From a virus (taxonomy: Duplodnaviria > Heunggongvirae > Uroviricota > Caudoviricetes), in the IMG/VR virus record IMGVR_UViG_3300031414_000001, positions 1 through 64,000 of that record: 64,000 nucleotides of DNA, one strand, 5' to 3'. The notes under the pieces were generated by a model. The model saw only the letters and a program-made list of their open reading frames with translations. It was not told where the DNA came from and did no database searches. Shown piece by piece: positions 36,953 through 50,155 of this stretch. The translations under genes and the position numbers were made by a program. Positions within the stretch are counted from its first letter, which is position 1. Each line of letters starts with the position of its first letter.

Positions 36953-37460
36953 AAAATTCGTTAACATCTAAGTCGTATTTAATAGAATCTACCATGTGTA
37001 GTTCTATCAGGAATAGACAATAGCTGCTTACTGAACTTCCACGACCTAAACCCCAAAAGATATTATGTTCTTTTAGATAATCTACCAGCCATATCATACA
37101 GCGAAGCAGTTTAGTCATGTTATAGCTTTCATATAATCCCAATTCATACAGTACTCGTTCACGTTGAACATCAGTACTGCATAAATTAAGGAAGTAGTCT
37201 TCTAGATTGATTTTATCATAAGCTGAGTCATAACGCCATAGTTCATGATTCCTATCATGCTCTATAGTGTAATCTAGCATACGTTCTTCTAATCCGAACT
37301 TACGACAATTATCGTTGAACTTCAATCGTTCAGCTTCGTCTTGTTCGTTAAGCTGGATATAACTTATATCAGCACCGCAGTTGATAGCGTACACAACTGC
37401 GTTTAGATCTAAGCGAACGTCACCATCCTCGCTTATAGTTCGATTTCCTTGTACTTTCAT
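36942..37460 (-). CDS. DNA polymerase III alpha (DnaE)-like N-terminal palm fragment
   Basis: ERVLYEL...LVDYLKEHNIFWGLGRGSSVSSYCLFLI....VD.IKYDL...EFL; ends before the PDID motif; start MKVQ at 37460. Confidence 0.8.
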   Translation of the reverse strand: MKVQGNRTISEDGDVRLDLNAVVYAINCGADISYIQLNEQDEAERLKFNDNCRKFGLEERMLDYTIEHDRNHELWRYDSAYDKINLEDYFLNLCSTDVQRERVLYELGLYESYNMTKLLRCMIWLVDYLKEHNIFWGLGRGSSVSSYCLFLIELHMVDSIKYDLDVNEFLKW

Positions 37461-37737
37461 TCTTTTTGTCTTCAGTTCCAGTGTTAATATAACTGTCCGA
37501 ATCAAATACAGTTTTGTTGTCTGCTTCTTTCTGTTGAGCTTCTAAGTCAGATTTAGCCTGACGAGTTCGAAGTTCTTCTTCGCATGAGCGAATAACAGAG
37601 AACATTTGCTGTATAATTTCGTACTGTACACCAGCAGAACGTGCTGATGAAATACGCATTGAGACTTCATTGATTTTATCATAAAGCTCTTGATTGCTTA
37701 AAGAAGAAGTATCAAAAAATGGATGGAACATACACAT
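37420..37737 (-). CDS. Hypothetical coiled-coil protein
   Basis: MFHPF...LS..EL..KINE pattern. Confidence 0.75.
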   Translation of the reverse strand: MCMFHPFFDTSSLSNQELYDKINEVSMRISSARSAGVQYEIIQQMFSVIRSCEEELRTRQAKSDLEAQQKEADNKTVFDSDSYINTGTEDKKNESTRKSNYKRGW

Positions 37738-37742
37738 CCCCC

Positions 37743-40112
37743 TTATTGAAATAGATTTGGCACTTTTAATGTTGCCGTAAAGTTTTCACGCTCATAACGA
37801 GCATTATCTTGAACATAGTAACTAAATTCTACCCCTGTAACTTCGAACTCATAATTCAATAACGCACCATGTTCATTATTCTGAATTAGTGTGTTGAAGA
37901 ATGTTTCACCCTGTCCTGGCTGTAAGTAAGCAACTACAATTCCAGGGAAGTATTCGGCTTGAATATTATCTTCGATATAAGGATGGTTCATGAAGCGTGG
38001 TACAGTATCTATCATTTCATCTGATAGACCACCAATAGCATCAACTACGATTCCACGGTTATTTAGATCTGTAGGGTCGGTTAGCAAGTTAACGGTATCT
38101 TCACCAAGAACTAGATATACGTTTTGACGTAATCCAAAGATTTCAGAAATGATTGAATTGCTATAATCAGTATACACAAGTGGATTCAAACTAAGACTTA
38201 CTTGAGTTCCTTCAGGGTGTACTTCTCTGTATAGTACATCATACAGTACGTTTCCTGCGTTGTCAAGGGCTGAACGAACTTTATAGTTACCAAGTACTAA
38301 ACGGAATGATCCGTCAGGCGTTGGAGCACCACTAGTTGTGTTCACTATACCATTACGAATGTTAGTAACAGTTTGTTTAATACCAGGCCAATTATGAGTT
38401 GTGTCCACATAGTTTTCTTTTAGAAGAATACGAGGAACTTTACGAACACCATAACGAGGATCAGAAGCACGATAGTACTGAGCTTGACTGAATGCTGTAG
38501 TACTGATGGTATTGAACCAAGTACGTTCCATTGTCAAAGATGGTTGAATATCAGCACTGATAAAGTTCTGACCGAAACCGCGAACAATTGTAATGTTGAA
38601 ACGTTGGGTTAATGATTTACCATTTTTTCCAGTTGCTACTACATCGAACTCTAATTTAATATCATCGTTCGCTGAGAAGTCTGTGCTTAAAGCATACGCA
38701 GTACCAATCATAAATCCATCAGCACTTAAATCTAATCCGTACTTACGAATATCATTCGGTGAAGTACTTTCATTGATTTCGTATGTGATTAAGTCAGAAC
38801 CACTGGCAACAATTTTAGGATACACAGTATGACCAAAATATTCACCTACGTGAATTGTACCTAAATTAGCATCAGTTTCAAATGAAATATCAGTACCAGT
38901 ATCCCCATTTAAGATAATACGGAATATTCTAGTATTGTTGATAATACCTGAACCTAATGATTCATTATAAATTCCTAAATCATACCATTTTGTAGCATCA
39001 TATGAAATTACCGGATTACCTTCAAATACATCTTCTGATACAACATAAGGATATATGGTAGTATCTTTTAATTGATATAAATGACCGCTGATTGGTACAT
39101 CATGAAAATCAGAAGTATCAGTTGGAGCAATCCAAGTTTGATAAGCACGGAAACGTTTACCGACATAATAAGCATCAGCTTCAGTACTGTAATAACGTTT
39201 AACTGAAACTACTCGAATTTTGATATAAGCATCAATTGGGTCTGAATCATAGAGCATAGTCTGAATAATCTGACCGTTGTTTCCATTGAATTTTAAGCCA
39301 GTATTAACTAAGTTGCCAGTACTGTCTTTAACAAGTAAAGGAACTTCTTCTAATAGACCATTACTTAAATCTGGAACTAAAATTGTTCCTGAACCAGTAA
39401 TATTAGTACTAGGTTTTTCTGAATCAAGAATAGTCAGTACTTCGTAAGCTGGCATGAATACATTAGTAGCACCGTTTATTGATTGACTTTTACCGAATGC
39501 TTGAACGAACAAGCGACTTTCAGCACCATAACCTACACCACCAATGGTGTATAGATTAGAACCATGAGTTGTTAATCCTGGTGTTAGCCAAATTTCGTTA
39601 GTGGTGTTATAATTCAAAGTACTTGAAGTTGTTCCGAGAACACCGCTCGGTAGCGTATTTGCTATTTGACCATCTAGCAACGTAATTACGTTGATACTGT
39701 CAATATTGAATGTTAATGATTCTGGACCATCCCATATTCCATCTTGTGGACATTCTATCTTAAAGTAATAAGCATCAATATAAGATACAGAACTTAAATC
39801 ATATGATTTAGTACTGAATTTTACTACATGCGTACCTTGAGTAGTGGATACTCCAGTTCCTGCGTTGCCAATTGGAACTAATGAAGAAGTACTTTCACCT
39901 ACACTAACTATAAAATCGCGTTCTTCTAAAGTCTCACCAGCACCGACGATGTTATAAGTAAATTCCAAGTACTGGTCATCAGTTAAAACATAAGTATTAT
40001 CGGTAGAAGTTGATTGACTCTTTTTCAAGCGTAGTCTAAAATAGGTGGTTTGTCCTTCTTGTATTGTATTGGTGTCAGCGATCAAATCCCATTGGGGTTC
40101 GAAGTTTGCCAT
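37743..40112 (-). CDS. Virion structural protein (baseplate/tail-associated, beta-rich)
   Basis: Thr/Ser/Gly-rich with Ig/cadherin-like segments (LGTIHVGE, GLDLSADG..IG); TAAATA at 40145-40150; start MANFE. Confidence 0.65.
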   Translation of the reverse strand: MANFEPQWDLIADTNTIQEGQTTYFRLRLKKSQSTSTDNTYVLTDDQYLEFTYNIVGAGETLEERDFIVSVGESTSSLVPIGNAGTGVSTTQGTHVVKFSTKSYDLSSVSYIDAYYFKIECPQDGIWDGPESLTFNIDSINVITLLDGQIANTLPSGVLGTTSSTLNYNTTNEIWLTPGLTTHGSNLYTIGGVGYGAESRLFVQAFGKSQSINGATNVFMPAYEVLTILDSEKPSTNITGSGTILVPDLSNGLLEEVPLLVKDSTGNLVNTGLKFNGNNGQIIQTMLYDSDPIDAYIKIRVVSVKRYYSTEADAYYVGKRFRAYQTWIAPTDTSDFHDVPISGHLYQLKDTTIYPYVVSEDVFEGNPVISYDATKWYDLGIYNESLGSGIINNTRIFRIILNGDTGTDISFETDANLGTIHVGEYFGHTVYPKIVASGSDLITYEINESTSPNDIRKYGLDLSADGFMIGTAYALSTDFSANDDIKLEFDVVATGKNGKSLTQRFNITIVRGFGQNFISADIQPSLTMERTWFNTISTTAFSQAQYYRASDPRYGVRKVPRILLKENYVDTTHNWPGIKQTVTNIRNGIVNTTSGAPTPDGSFRLVLGNYKVRSALDNAGNVLYDVLYREVHPEGTQVSLSLNPLVYTDYSNSIISEIFGLRQNVYLVLGEDTVNLLTDPTDLNNRGIVVDAIGGLSDEMIDTVPRFMNHPYIEDNIQAEYFPGIVVAYLQPGQGETFFNTLIQNNEHGALLNYEFEVTGVEFSYYVQDNARYERENFTATLKVPNLFQ

Positions 40113-40198
40113 ATCTAATCTCCAAAACATAAAAAGCTTTGTCGTATTTATTCTATGGGCTTAATTAAAAATAAAGGACGCCGAAGCGTCCTTAAAAA

Positions 40199-41614
40199 TT
40201 ATTCATCATCATCTTTATAGACGATGTTCATGTTACGAAGTTCTATGAGTTCTTCTTCGTAGATTTTCCAAATCTTGTCATGATTCTCTAGCAAATCATT
40301 GTATTCATCCATCTTCGCTAAGGCATCTTCAATTTCTTGATTTACCTTAACGTAGTTTTCTTTAGTCCAACGATACGCCGCGAAGTTCACGATGTTCTGT
40401 ACGTTTTCCTCGGATGCTTCAATTTCAGCATTCAATGAGGTTACAAAGTCAACAACTTCCGCACGGTTCTCAAATTCTTTAATCTTAACAGTCATGTCGT
40501 TTTCAAAACATTCTTTAACCAGAATCTTATAACGCACTTCTGCGTCAGCATCGGCTAGAAGTTTCTCATAACGCTTGATGTAGTATTTGAATCGGAACTC
40601 AACGAAGTCCGAGATTATATCTTGAACAGTGTTGTAACTTTTTACTTTTCCGTTTTCACCTAAAACATTGAGGGTATGTGCCAATTTTGTTGAAATGTCA
40701 AAATACTGAAGCACATCCATTTCTGACCATGAAGCCGAAAGACCACGTGGTAGTTTTATGGTAATGTCAACCTTACCAGAACTGTTATCATCGTAGCTAC
40801 GGATTTTACCTGAATCTTCCATTGCGATCAAGTCCTCAACGAATTTTTCTAGTTTCATACGTGGAGCTAGACCAGTAATACGAACAGTACTTGCATCGAT
40901 TACTTCAGCTTTACCGAAGAAAGTATACTTACCTTCGCCACGGTCTTCAACATAATCGTTCGCACCATAACTTGCGTAGTACGGCATCATTTCTAAAAGT
41001 TCTTCACCACGGATAGCACGGAGAGTGTTCTCAATGATTTCGTTCATACGATATGGGAAGATAAAACTTTTATACGCTGTCGCAGTACCATCAACGCCAA
41101 GTAGTGCTAATGGAATAATTGGTAGGAAGAACTTAGGTTCCATTGTAGTACCGTCATAGTTTTCCTGCATCGGTACAACATCCATATCACGAAGTACTAA
41201 AGCTTCGGTGAGTTTGGTTTTCTTCACATATGTATAACGTGGGCTTGCTGGTTCAGGGTTAACCTGAGTACCAAATCCACCACGCTTACCAATAAGTGGA
41301 TAGTTGTTCACAACTGGACTTGCTAGGTTCTGTAGAGTACCACTAGCAGAAGCATCACCATGAAGATAGATACCATCACTAATCATACGACCAGCACAAG
41401 ATACAGTTTTGATTTCACCACTTACTTTACTCAAAGTGAAGATAGCTTTACGCTGTGAGTTTTTGAAACCATCAATCCCAGGTAGAGCACGATCAAAAGT
41501 ACTCAAAGCATATTCTAGGGATGATTGGTTGATATAGTCTGAGCTACCATAGCCTAACAGAGTTAGAGCATTAGGTACAATCTCAGCTTGGGTTTTCTTT
41601 GTTGATTTACGCAT
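40199..41614 (-). CDS. Type IIA topoisomerase, GyrA/ParC-like subunit (T4 gp52-like)
   Basis: RALPGIDGFKNSQRK, YLHGDAS, catalytic ASPRYT. Confidence 0.95.
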   Translation of the reverse strand: MRKSTKKTQAEIVPNALTLLGYGSSDYINQSSLEYALSTFDRALPGIDGFKNSQRKAIFTLSKVSGEIKTVSCAGRMISDGIYLHGDASASGTLQNLASPVVNNYPLIGKRGGFGTQVNPEPASPRYTYVKKTKLTEALVLRDMDVVPMQENYDGTTMEPKFFLPIIPLALLGVDGTATAYKSFIFPYRMNEIIENTLRAIRGEELLEMMPYYASYGANDYVEDRGEGKYTFFGKAEVIDASTVRITGLAPRMKLEKFVEDLIAMEDSGKIRSYDDNSSGKVDITIKLPRGLSASWSEMDVLQYFDISTKLAHTLNVLGENGKVKSYNTVQDIISDFVEFRFKYYIKRYEKLLADADAEVRYKILVKECFENDMTVKIKEFENRAEVVDFVTSLNAEIEASEENVQNIVNFAAYRWTKENYVKVNQEIEDALAKMDEYNDLLENHDKIWKIYEEELIELRNMNIVYKDDDE

Positions 41615-41663
41615 TTCCTTTGCCTCTTTGCTAATACGGGGAACTCCTGTTCCCCACTAATAA

Positions 41664-43652
41664 TTATGCTGCTTCTTGCTCACGTGTCCAATCTTTACGG
41701 TCATCAGCACGTTCTTTGTTGAAGATCAAATCTAGGGTTTCTCCTAGTGATCCATCATCAGTAATCGCTACTGCTACACCATTGGATAGTGCGTCACGGA
41801 AGTTTGTTACTTCTAGAGTACCAAGACCTTTCGCACGTGTTGCTTTCCATCCTTTCCATTCTTCAGGATTGTATTCATGGACGTTATGACCATAGAAGTA
41901 CTTCGATTCTTTACCTTTCTCAAGGATGATGAACGGAGTCTTGAAGATATAAATGAATGGATCTTCTGGATCAGAGAATAACTCAGGCCAGAATTTGTAG
42001 AAGAAGTTAACCACAAGAGCACCGATGTTCTTACCATCTTCATCTTCGTCAGCACAAATGTATAACTTGCCGAAGTTCATGTTAGCACGAACGGCACGTT
42101 CACCTGGAACTAGATTCAATGATGCCATAATGTCATGTATCGCTGATGGTTTATCAGCAGTACCCATTAGGTCTTTAGTTTTCTCTTTACCGTTTACGTT
42201 CTGGATTTTACCACGTAGTGGAAGAATACCATGAATTTCAGAGTTCCTAGCAGCAGTCATTGAAGATACTGCGGAATCACCTTCTGCGATTAGTAGAATA
42301 CATTTAGAACGATCAGTACCGTTAGCATCACGCAATTTAGCAACTTTACCTTTCAGTAAACGTTTAGCCATCTTACGATCTTCATCGGCATCTTTCTTGT
42401 TTGTACGTTCAGCACAACGAGCATAAATTTCTTCTACCCAATCGTTATTTTTCTTAACGAGTTCAGCAAAGAATTCATCAGTCATTGCGTTCTGTACTGG
42501 TTTAATGACATTCTCATTAGTTAGCTTAGTTTTGATCTGAGAGTTGAATGTTGGAGTATTCATCTTAGTGACGTTATAAATCAACAAACCTTCTTCAATA
42601 TCAGAACGGTTAGGGGTCATTTTCTTTTGCTTAGATTTACGTTCTAGGGCTTTAATCACACCTAGTGCGAACTTCTGTTGGAAGGTATCTAAGTGAGTAC
42701 CACCTTCGAGGGATGGAGCGTTGTTAACAAGACCTTGCATATGTAGGTTCTTGCTAAGACCATCAACTACACCAGGGACAATATAGAAAGTACTGTCAAA
42801 GCCAGTTGTACCGTCTTCAACTTTCAATGTCATAGTGTTTTTGTGAGAAGCAAATAGACCTTTCTTCGGAACAACAATACGTTCACCATTCAAGAAAATC
42901 TTGTACGATGGGTTTGCTGCTGCGATTTCTTTCAGGATACTAAACACGAGTTCAAGTGGTAAAGTATGTACTTTGAATACTTCTTTACTGATTTTGAATC
43001 GTACTGTAGTACCAGTCTTTTCTGCTTGTACTTTACGAATACTTGGTTCATTAATTCCAAGTTCAGGGAACATTGCTGTACCTTCAGTGAACTTCTGAGT
43101 GAATTTATATGTACCATCATATTCAGAGTTGGCTTTATCGGTTTTGTACGGTTTACCTGCACGATGAATTTCGAGTTCAGCTTTCTCAGATACGATCATA
43201 ACTACTGAACCGCCTAAGCCGTTCATCCCGATAACGTTAGTACGTTCATCGTCGTTAAAGTTACGTCCAGTTTTCATTTCGGTTAGAACCATAGTACAGA
43301 CATGTTTCTGTGTTTCTGGTACATAGTCGATTGGAATACCACGACCGTTATCGCTAATTTCGAATTCAAGTTCATCTTGATTGTACTGGACTTTCAATAC
43401 TGGATCGCGTGTTCCAGCTTTAACGAATTCGTCCAATGAGTTATCCACGATTTCGCGGAAAGATGTTAGTAGGGCAGGAACCCAACCTAAGTTTTGCACG
43501 TTGAACCCTTCTTCTCCAAAAAGAAGTACAGGTTGTTCATGTTCTGATTTCGAACCCAAATACATTTCAGTACGGATACGAGCATGTTGATATTCAGTTA
43601 ATTGCTGTACACCATGTTCAGCGAGAACAGAACTTTTCTTTTCCTTTGCCAT
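41664..43652 (-). CDS. Type IIA topoisomerase, GyrB/ParE-like subunit (gp39+gp60 uninterrupted)
   Basis: EIVDNSLDE, DNGRGIP, GMNGLG, EGDSA, PLRGK, DEDEDG, KGLG; start MAKEK at 43652. Confidence 0.95.
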   Translation of the reverse strand: MAKEKKSSVLAEHGVQQLTEYQHARIRTEMYLGSKSEHEQPVLLFGEEGFNVQNLGWVPALLTSFREIVDNSLDEFVKAGTRDPVLKVQYNQDELEFEISDNGRGIPIDYVPETQKHVCTMVLTEMKTGRNFNDDERTNVIGMNGLGGSVVMIVSEKAELEIHRAGKPYKTDKANSEYDGTYKFTQKFTEGTAMFPELGINEPSIRKVQAEKTGTTVRFKISKEVFKVHTLPLELVFSILKEIAAANPSYKIFLNGERIVVPKKGLFASHKNTMTLKVEDGTTGFDSTFYIVPGVVDGLSKNLHMQGLVNNAPSLEGGTHLDTFQQKFALGVIKALERKSKQKKMTPNRSDIEEGLLIYNVTKMNTPTFNSQIKTKLTNENVIKPVQNAMTDEFFAELVKKNNDWVEEIYARCAERTNKKDADEDRKMAKRLLKGKVAKLRDANGTDRSKCILLIAEGDSAVSSMTAARNSEIHGILPLRGKIQNVNGKEKTKDLMGTADKPSAIHDIMASLNLVPGERAVRANMNFGKLYICADEDEDGKNIGALVVNFFYKFWPELFSDPEDPFIYIFKTPFIILEKGKESKYFYGHNVHEYNPEEWKGWKATRAKGLGTLEVTNFRDALSNGVAVAITDDGSLGETLDLIFNKERADDRKDWTREQEAA

Positions 43653-43683
43653 TTCAAATTCCTTTTTGTTTCTTAGCCATTGC

Positions 43684-43712
43684 ATTATAGCATAAATTGT
43701 TTCTTTGTTCCA
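43684..43712 (-). promoter_or_regulatory. TG(A/G)AAC-class promoter
   Basis: TGGAAC-N17-TATAAT, extended TGC. Confidence 0.7.
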
Positions 43713-43746
43713 AAAAAATAACGACGCATTTCTGCGTCGTCAGTAT

Positions 43747-44118
43747 TTATAGTAGAACCAGTATAGCAATTATCACGTAATGTGTCAAGTGGTGAGCCAT
43801 CTGGTCAATACCTAAGTACCACCAGAATTCTGGCTTACTGTGATCAGTACTGCGAGATGCCTCAACTTTGATTTTATCAACAATAAAATGTATTCCAAAA
43901 TCAAGAAGTGCTACCGCTATCACAACCGGAAGCGAAGCACCGACACATACGGCAATTAAGAACGTACCTAAAAGGTGCGTAGCCGCATGTGCTGTTAGTG
44001 GTAGTTCCCACCCTTCTTCTTTGAATTTACCTAACATGTAACGACCTTGGAAAAAGTAATCACATAGTAGATGTTTAATTTGGTACACGAATAGTAAGAT
44101 AAAAATCGTGGTTATCAT
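43747..44118 (-). CDS. DUF3307 family membrane protein
   Basis: KHLLCDYFFQ, H...H, HFIVDKIK, GIDQMAHH. Confidence 0.85.
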   Translation of the reverse strand: MITTIFILLFVYQIKHLLCDYFFQGRYMLGKFKEEGWELPLTAHAATHLLGTFLIAVCVGASLPVVIAVALLDFGIHFIVDKIKVEASRSTDHSKPEFWWYLGIDQMAHHLTHYVIIAILVLL

Positions 44119-44127
44119 ATTTTGCCT

Positions 44128-46577
44128 TTATTTGACTAGTAAAAGTTGGAACTGCGATTGTGGCGAACCTTCTTCATCACTCCAGTACTTATGGAACTTC
44201 TCTGGTGTAGCCTGTTGTAGTACTTCACCATTAGCAACCACATATACTTTATGTGACTGAATTAGTCTTTGCCAAAATTTTATGGCATCGTCTGATTGTA
44301 GGCGTCCACTCAAAATTGGAGTACCTTCAACTTTAACAATATCCATGAACATTTGATAAACTACACCTTTCACCGAACGGCTAGAAGCTGTTACATCAAC
44401 GTTAAACCATCCTTCATCCACATGACCTTTAACTGTAGCAATTGCTTCTCCAGTATCATTGTCATATGCCATGTATCCATCATGACCACGATAAGTTGTC
44501 CACTCACCATGATCCTTAACTGGAGTCATGTTCTTTGGTGTATTAGCTTGTGCTTCCTTATCTACGTACACTTGTGGGTCCATTCCCATAAACGAATCAT
44601 ATTTAAGTGGCATTTCTTCTAGAACACCTTTATTAATTAGTTCTTGTTCGTCAGCATCATCCATATCATGTTCTAGTTCAGCATTTTGTACAATGTCTGC
44701 TAGACCACGCATACTTGATTCTGCCATAGCTGCTTCACCACGTTCTCTGCGTTTAGCAGTACGTTCTACATAATAAGCAAGTGATTCATCAAAATCAGAA
44801 ATAGATTCTGAGTACTGTAATGCTTTGTTTATGTGACGTGGTTCAACTTCTGGATTGTAATATCCATCAAAAACTTTAGTGAAAAATTCTTCAATTTCTT
44901 TTTCAGAACCAATGAAATTATTTTCACCATCATCAATATCAACAGTATACATTTTTCCTGATGTTTGGCAAATAATTTTTGCTTTTACATCTGCCATTTG
45001 AACCTGGAAGAATCCTTCATCTTGAACATAATCATCAAATTGAACTTTGCGAGTACTGTCATTATTAAAGAAACCTGCGTTCTCATTGATATTCTCAACT
45101 GCGAATAACATACCTTCCAAGTTAGCATCCGGTGCGTTTTCTTTTTCAATTATATCTTGTAATGTTTGAATACCACGCATGTTTCCAAGATAGTTAACTG
45201 GTAATTTAGCCATTTGCTCTTTAGTAAAATCTAAACGCATTGGCTCTCCACCATCTGGTTTAACAAGGATGAAATAATCATCTCTGTGACCATGACGGAA
45301 TACTAAATCATACGGTGTATAACCACCTTCAACTCGTAGTGTGAATTGTTCAGGATCATGAGCTTGACTTAGACCATGAATCTTTGGACGTTCACCGAAT
45401 TCACGCCATACTTTCAAATATAAATCACCCATTAAACTATCACCAGCTTCAGGATATTCTTGATCACGATTAACTTCATGTCCGTCATCAATATTCTTTT
45501 CAGTACTGTCAAATTCGTGATTATCTTCAGCGTGTAATTCATTATCATAGAAGTTACTAACTTCACGATAAATCAATTTCATTGCCTTATTAGCACGAGC
45601 ATCTTCTTTGTACTTTCTAAGTTCTTTTACTAGATTAGCTTGTGGGAATGATCTCAAAACATGTTGAATAGCTTTAGAAATATCTGCGTTCTTATTACCA
45701 GTTATTAAATCTGGATGTTCTTCAAGCCATTCATTAGCAAAGTTTGCTAAATCTTTAACTTGTGGACCAAATTCAATACCGCCACGATAGTACGCATCGG
45801 GATCTTGACCAGAAATATAATCAGGATGCTGATGTGCTTGTTGATCTTTTGGATTTAAATTTCTATTAACTACTTGTTGAATAGTATGTTGAAGTTCATG
45901 CTCAACTGTACCAATAGCATAATTCAAAGAACGAGCAACACCATCTAAATTAGCATTCTTAATATCTTCATAAGATGGAATACCTAAATCTAAATTATTT
46001 TGCGTTCCACGAACAGCACTACTACCACCTTTATCAAGGAACTGATTACTAATTTTCATCTTGATTGTAAGATTATTAATCAATTCTTTAGTACGAGGAT
46101 TCTTTTTCAAATTCTCTGGCAATGAGTTATAAATTTCATTAGCATCAATATTCAAATTAGTACTGCTATTGATGTATTTCTTTAAATCAGCAGGTGTTAG
46201 TACTGAAGCACCATACTTACGTTGGAATCTACGTAGAAAATTTAGTAGTGCTTCTGATTCAGATTCTCTACCATTTTTTTGTAATTCATGTTGTTTCATC
46301 ACACCCATAGTTAGAAGTACTGAACCAACATATTTTTGAACTTGTTTAAGTAATGTTTGTGGTACTTTAATAATACCAACACCACTAGCTTCATCAAGCT
46401 CTACTTCTTCTGAGACATGAGAAGGAAGATCAGAACCTTTCTTAAGGTTTCCTTCCTTCTCGTCAGCTTTATTAAAATCGTGAGCAACACTCATATCAAT
46501 ACCAGCATCTTTAGCAATGTCTGGATTATGTGCGGCAGCCGCCATTAAGTGTGCTTGTGCTTTGCTTTTACTTGGCA

Positions 46578-46578
<1 letters not shown>
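44128..46578 (-). CDS. Multidomain protein: zincin-like HExxH domain plus C-terminal GNAT-like domain; probable internal head protein
   Basis: VEHELQHTIQ...YYRGGIEFGPQ; C-terminal ILSGRLQSDDAIKFWQRL; LDE/LEE motifs. Confidence 0.6.
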
Positions 46579-48705
<2,127 letters not shown>

Positions 48706-48716
48706 TTAATTTTGAG

Positions 48717-48722
48717 TATTTA
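48717..48722 (-). promoter_or_regulatory. Late promoter (TAAATA)
   Basis: GATAAATA in the loop of a long inverted repeat upstream of the KTSC gene. Confidence 0.5.
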
Positions 48723-48761
48723 TCTCTCAAAACCTTGGAGTTTTATAATTAGGTCAGATTA

Positions 48762-49295
48762 TTAAATATCGCCTGGGAAATCACGACGAATAAGACGTTC
48801 TAGTACTTCTAAGCTGTCCATGCTATTAGCATTGAAGGTTTCGATAATATCTGTTTCCAGTTCTTCACCCATCTGTTCATTAATGGTTTCTACCATACAT
48901 GCGAAAGTATGAGCGAGTTCGTAAGTATACGTTCCAACGATACAAGCACCGTTATAGTGAACGAGGTCAGCCATTTCGGTAGCTTCTTCGAAGGTTTTGC
49001 GGAACAAGTCACCAATGACTTGAGCTACGAAATCTTTTGAAGATTTTGGATTATCAAGGAAAACCAGATTGTACAGTGGAACTGCCAATTGGTTATTTTT
49101 CGGATGGTCACGCAGGAATGCGTCAAGACCATGTTTGATCGCCTCAATTTCATCAATTGCGAAAGATGATTTTACGAGACTAACGTATTCAGTAATGTCG
49201 CTGTCGCCAGCAATGTAGTATACTGAATCTTTATAAGAAGCCTTAACCACATCCATAGCAGGTAGGGAAAATACTTCACGCACGATATGTTTCAT
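48762..49295 (-). CDS. ClpS-like adaptor with extra N-terminal domain
   Basis: YNLVFLDN....DFV..V..DLF.....EA......VHYNGACIVGTY.YELA; start MKHIV at 49295 with GGAG. Confidence 0.75.
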   Translation of the reverse strand: MKHIVREVFSLPAMDVVKASYKDSVYYIAGDSDITEYVSLVKSSFAIDEIEAIKHGLDAFLRDHPKNNQLAVPLYNLVFLDNPKSSKDFVAQVIGDLFRKTFEEATEMADLVHYNGACIVGTYTYELAHTFACMVETINEQMGEELETDIIETFNANSMDSLEVLERLIRRDFPGDI

Positions 49296-49354
49296 AATAA
49301 TACTCCAGATGTGTGTTAGGGGGTGCTTTTTTGTATTTAGCACCCTTACTGTAC

Positions 49355-49861
49355 TTACTTCGCTTTTAACGTACAGGTAACATTGTTTCCTTGTACTGCG
49401 ACATTTTGGACAAAATCAGACTCTTGAACACGAGAAACGAATTGATTCATCTTTGTGATGTTCGCTGCTACCATGTCAGGATTAGATTTGGCACGACCAG
49501 TCATTTTCATAACTACTCGAACATGCTTACCTTCCTGGATAAATTTTTGAGCAGCTTTCAACTTCGTTTGGAGATCATTCTCCTGAGTACTGAAAGCGAA
49601 CTGTACTTCTTTAACCTGAACGGCGGTTTCACGCTGTTTCTTTTTATTGCTTTTATCAGCTTGTTTTTGCTCATACAAGTACTTGTTCAAGTCCATGATT
49701 TTTACAACAGGAACATCTTGATCAGATACTTGGATCAGATCCATCTCTTTACTGTAAGCAAGATTACGTGCTTCAGCAATTGCCATTACTTTACTCGAAT
49801 CTCCTTGTACAACACGAACATTCTTCGCAGTAATTTTTTCGTTGGCAATAACAGATTTCAT
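49355..49861 (-). CDS. infC: Translation initiation factor IF3 homologue
   Basis: NEKITAKNVRVV, DLIQVS..DVPVVKIMD..KYLYEQK, VKEVQF, NDLQTKL....KFIQEG..V.V. Confidence 0.92.
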   Translation of the reverse strand: MKSVIANEKITAKNVRVVQGDSSKVMAIAEARNLAYSKEMDLIQVSDQDVPVVKIMDLNKYLYEQKQADKSNKKKQRETAVQVKEVQFAFSTQENDLQTKLKAAQKFIQEGKHVRVVMKMTGRAKSNPDMVAANITKMNQFVSRVQESDFVQNVAVQGNNVTCTLKAK

Positions 49862-49903
49862 ATAGGATTTGTAACTCCGTGGGGGATTTTGTTTACGTAT
49901 GAG

Positions 49904-49932
49904 ATGGTATCAAAAAGACACCATCTCGTCAA
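49904..49932 (-). promoter_or_regulatory. Sigma70-type promoter for infC
   Basis: TTGACG-N17-TACCAT, overlapped by inverted repeat GAGATGGT/ACCATCTC. Confidence 0.65.
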
Positions 49933-49937
49933 GCGGC

Positions 49938-50132
49938 TTACTGCTTGTTTTCTGCGTCTTTCAACGCTTTGCATATTTCTTGAACAAATTTCAAGTTAGC
50001 TATTGCTGTATCAGCAACGCTACGGGTACGTGGGTACGGTGCTTCTTGAGACATTTTCTCAAGATCAAAAATAATTTGGTCGAACGCACCAACGTCCTCT
50101 AGAATGCGATCATAAAAGGATTTGCTATCCAT
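49938..50132 (-). CDS. Hypothetical protein
   Basis: 64 aa, GGAG RBS. Confidence 0.7.
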   Translation of the reverse strand: MDSKSFYDRILEDVGAFDQIIFDLEKMSQEAPYPRTRSVADTAIANLKFVQEICKALKDAENKQ

Positions 50133-50155
50133 GTCAACTCCATGTTGTGTATGTT

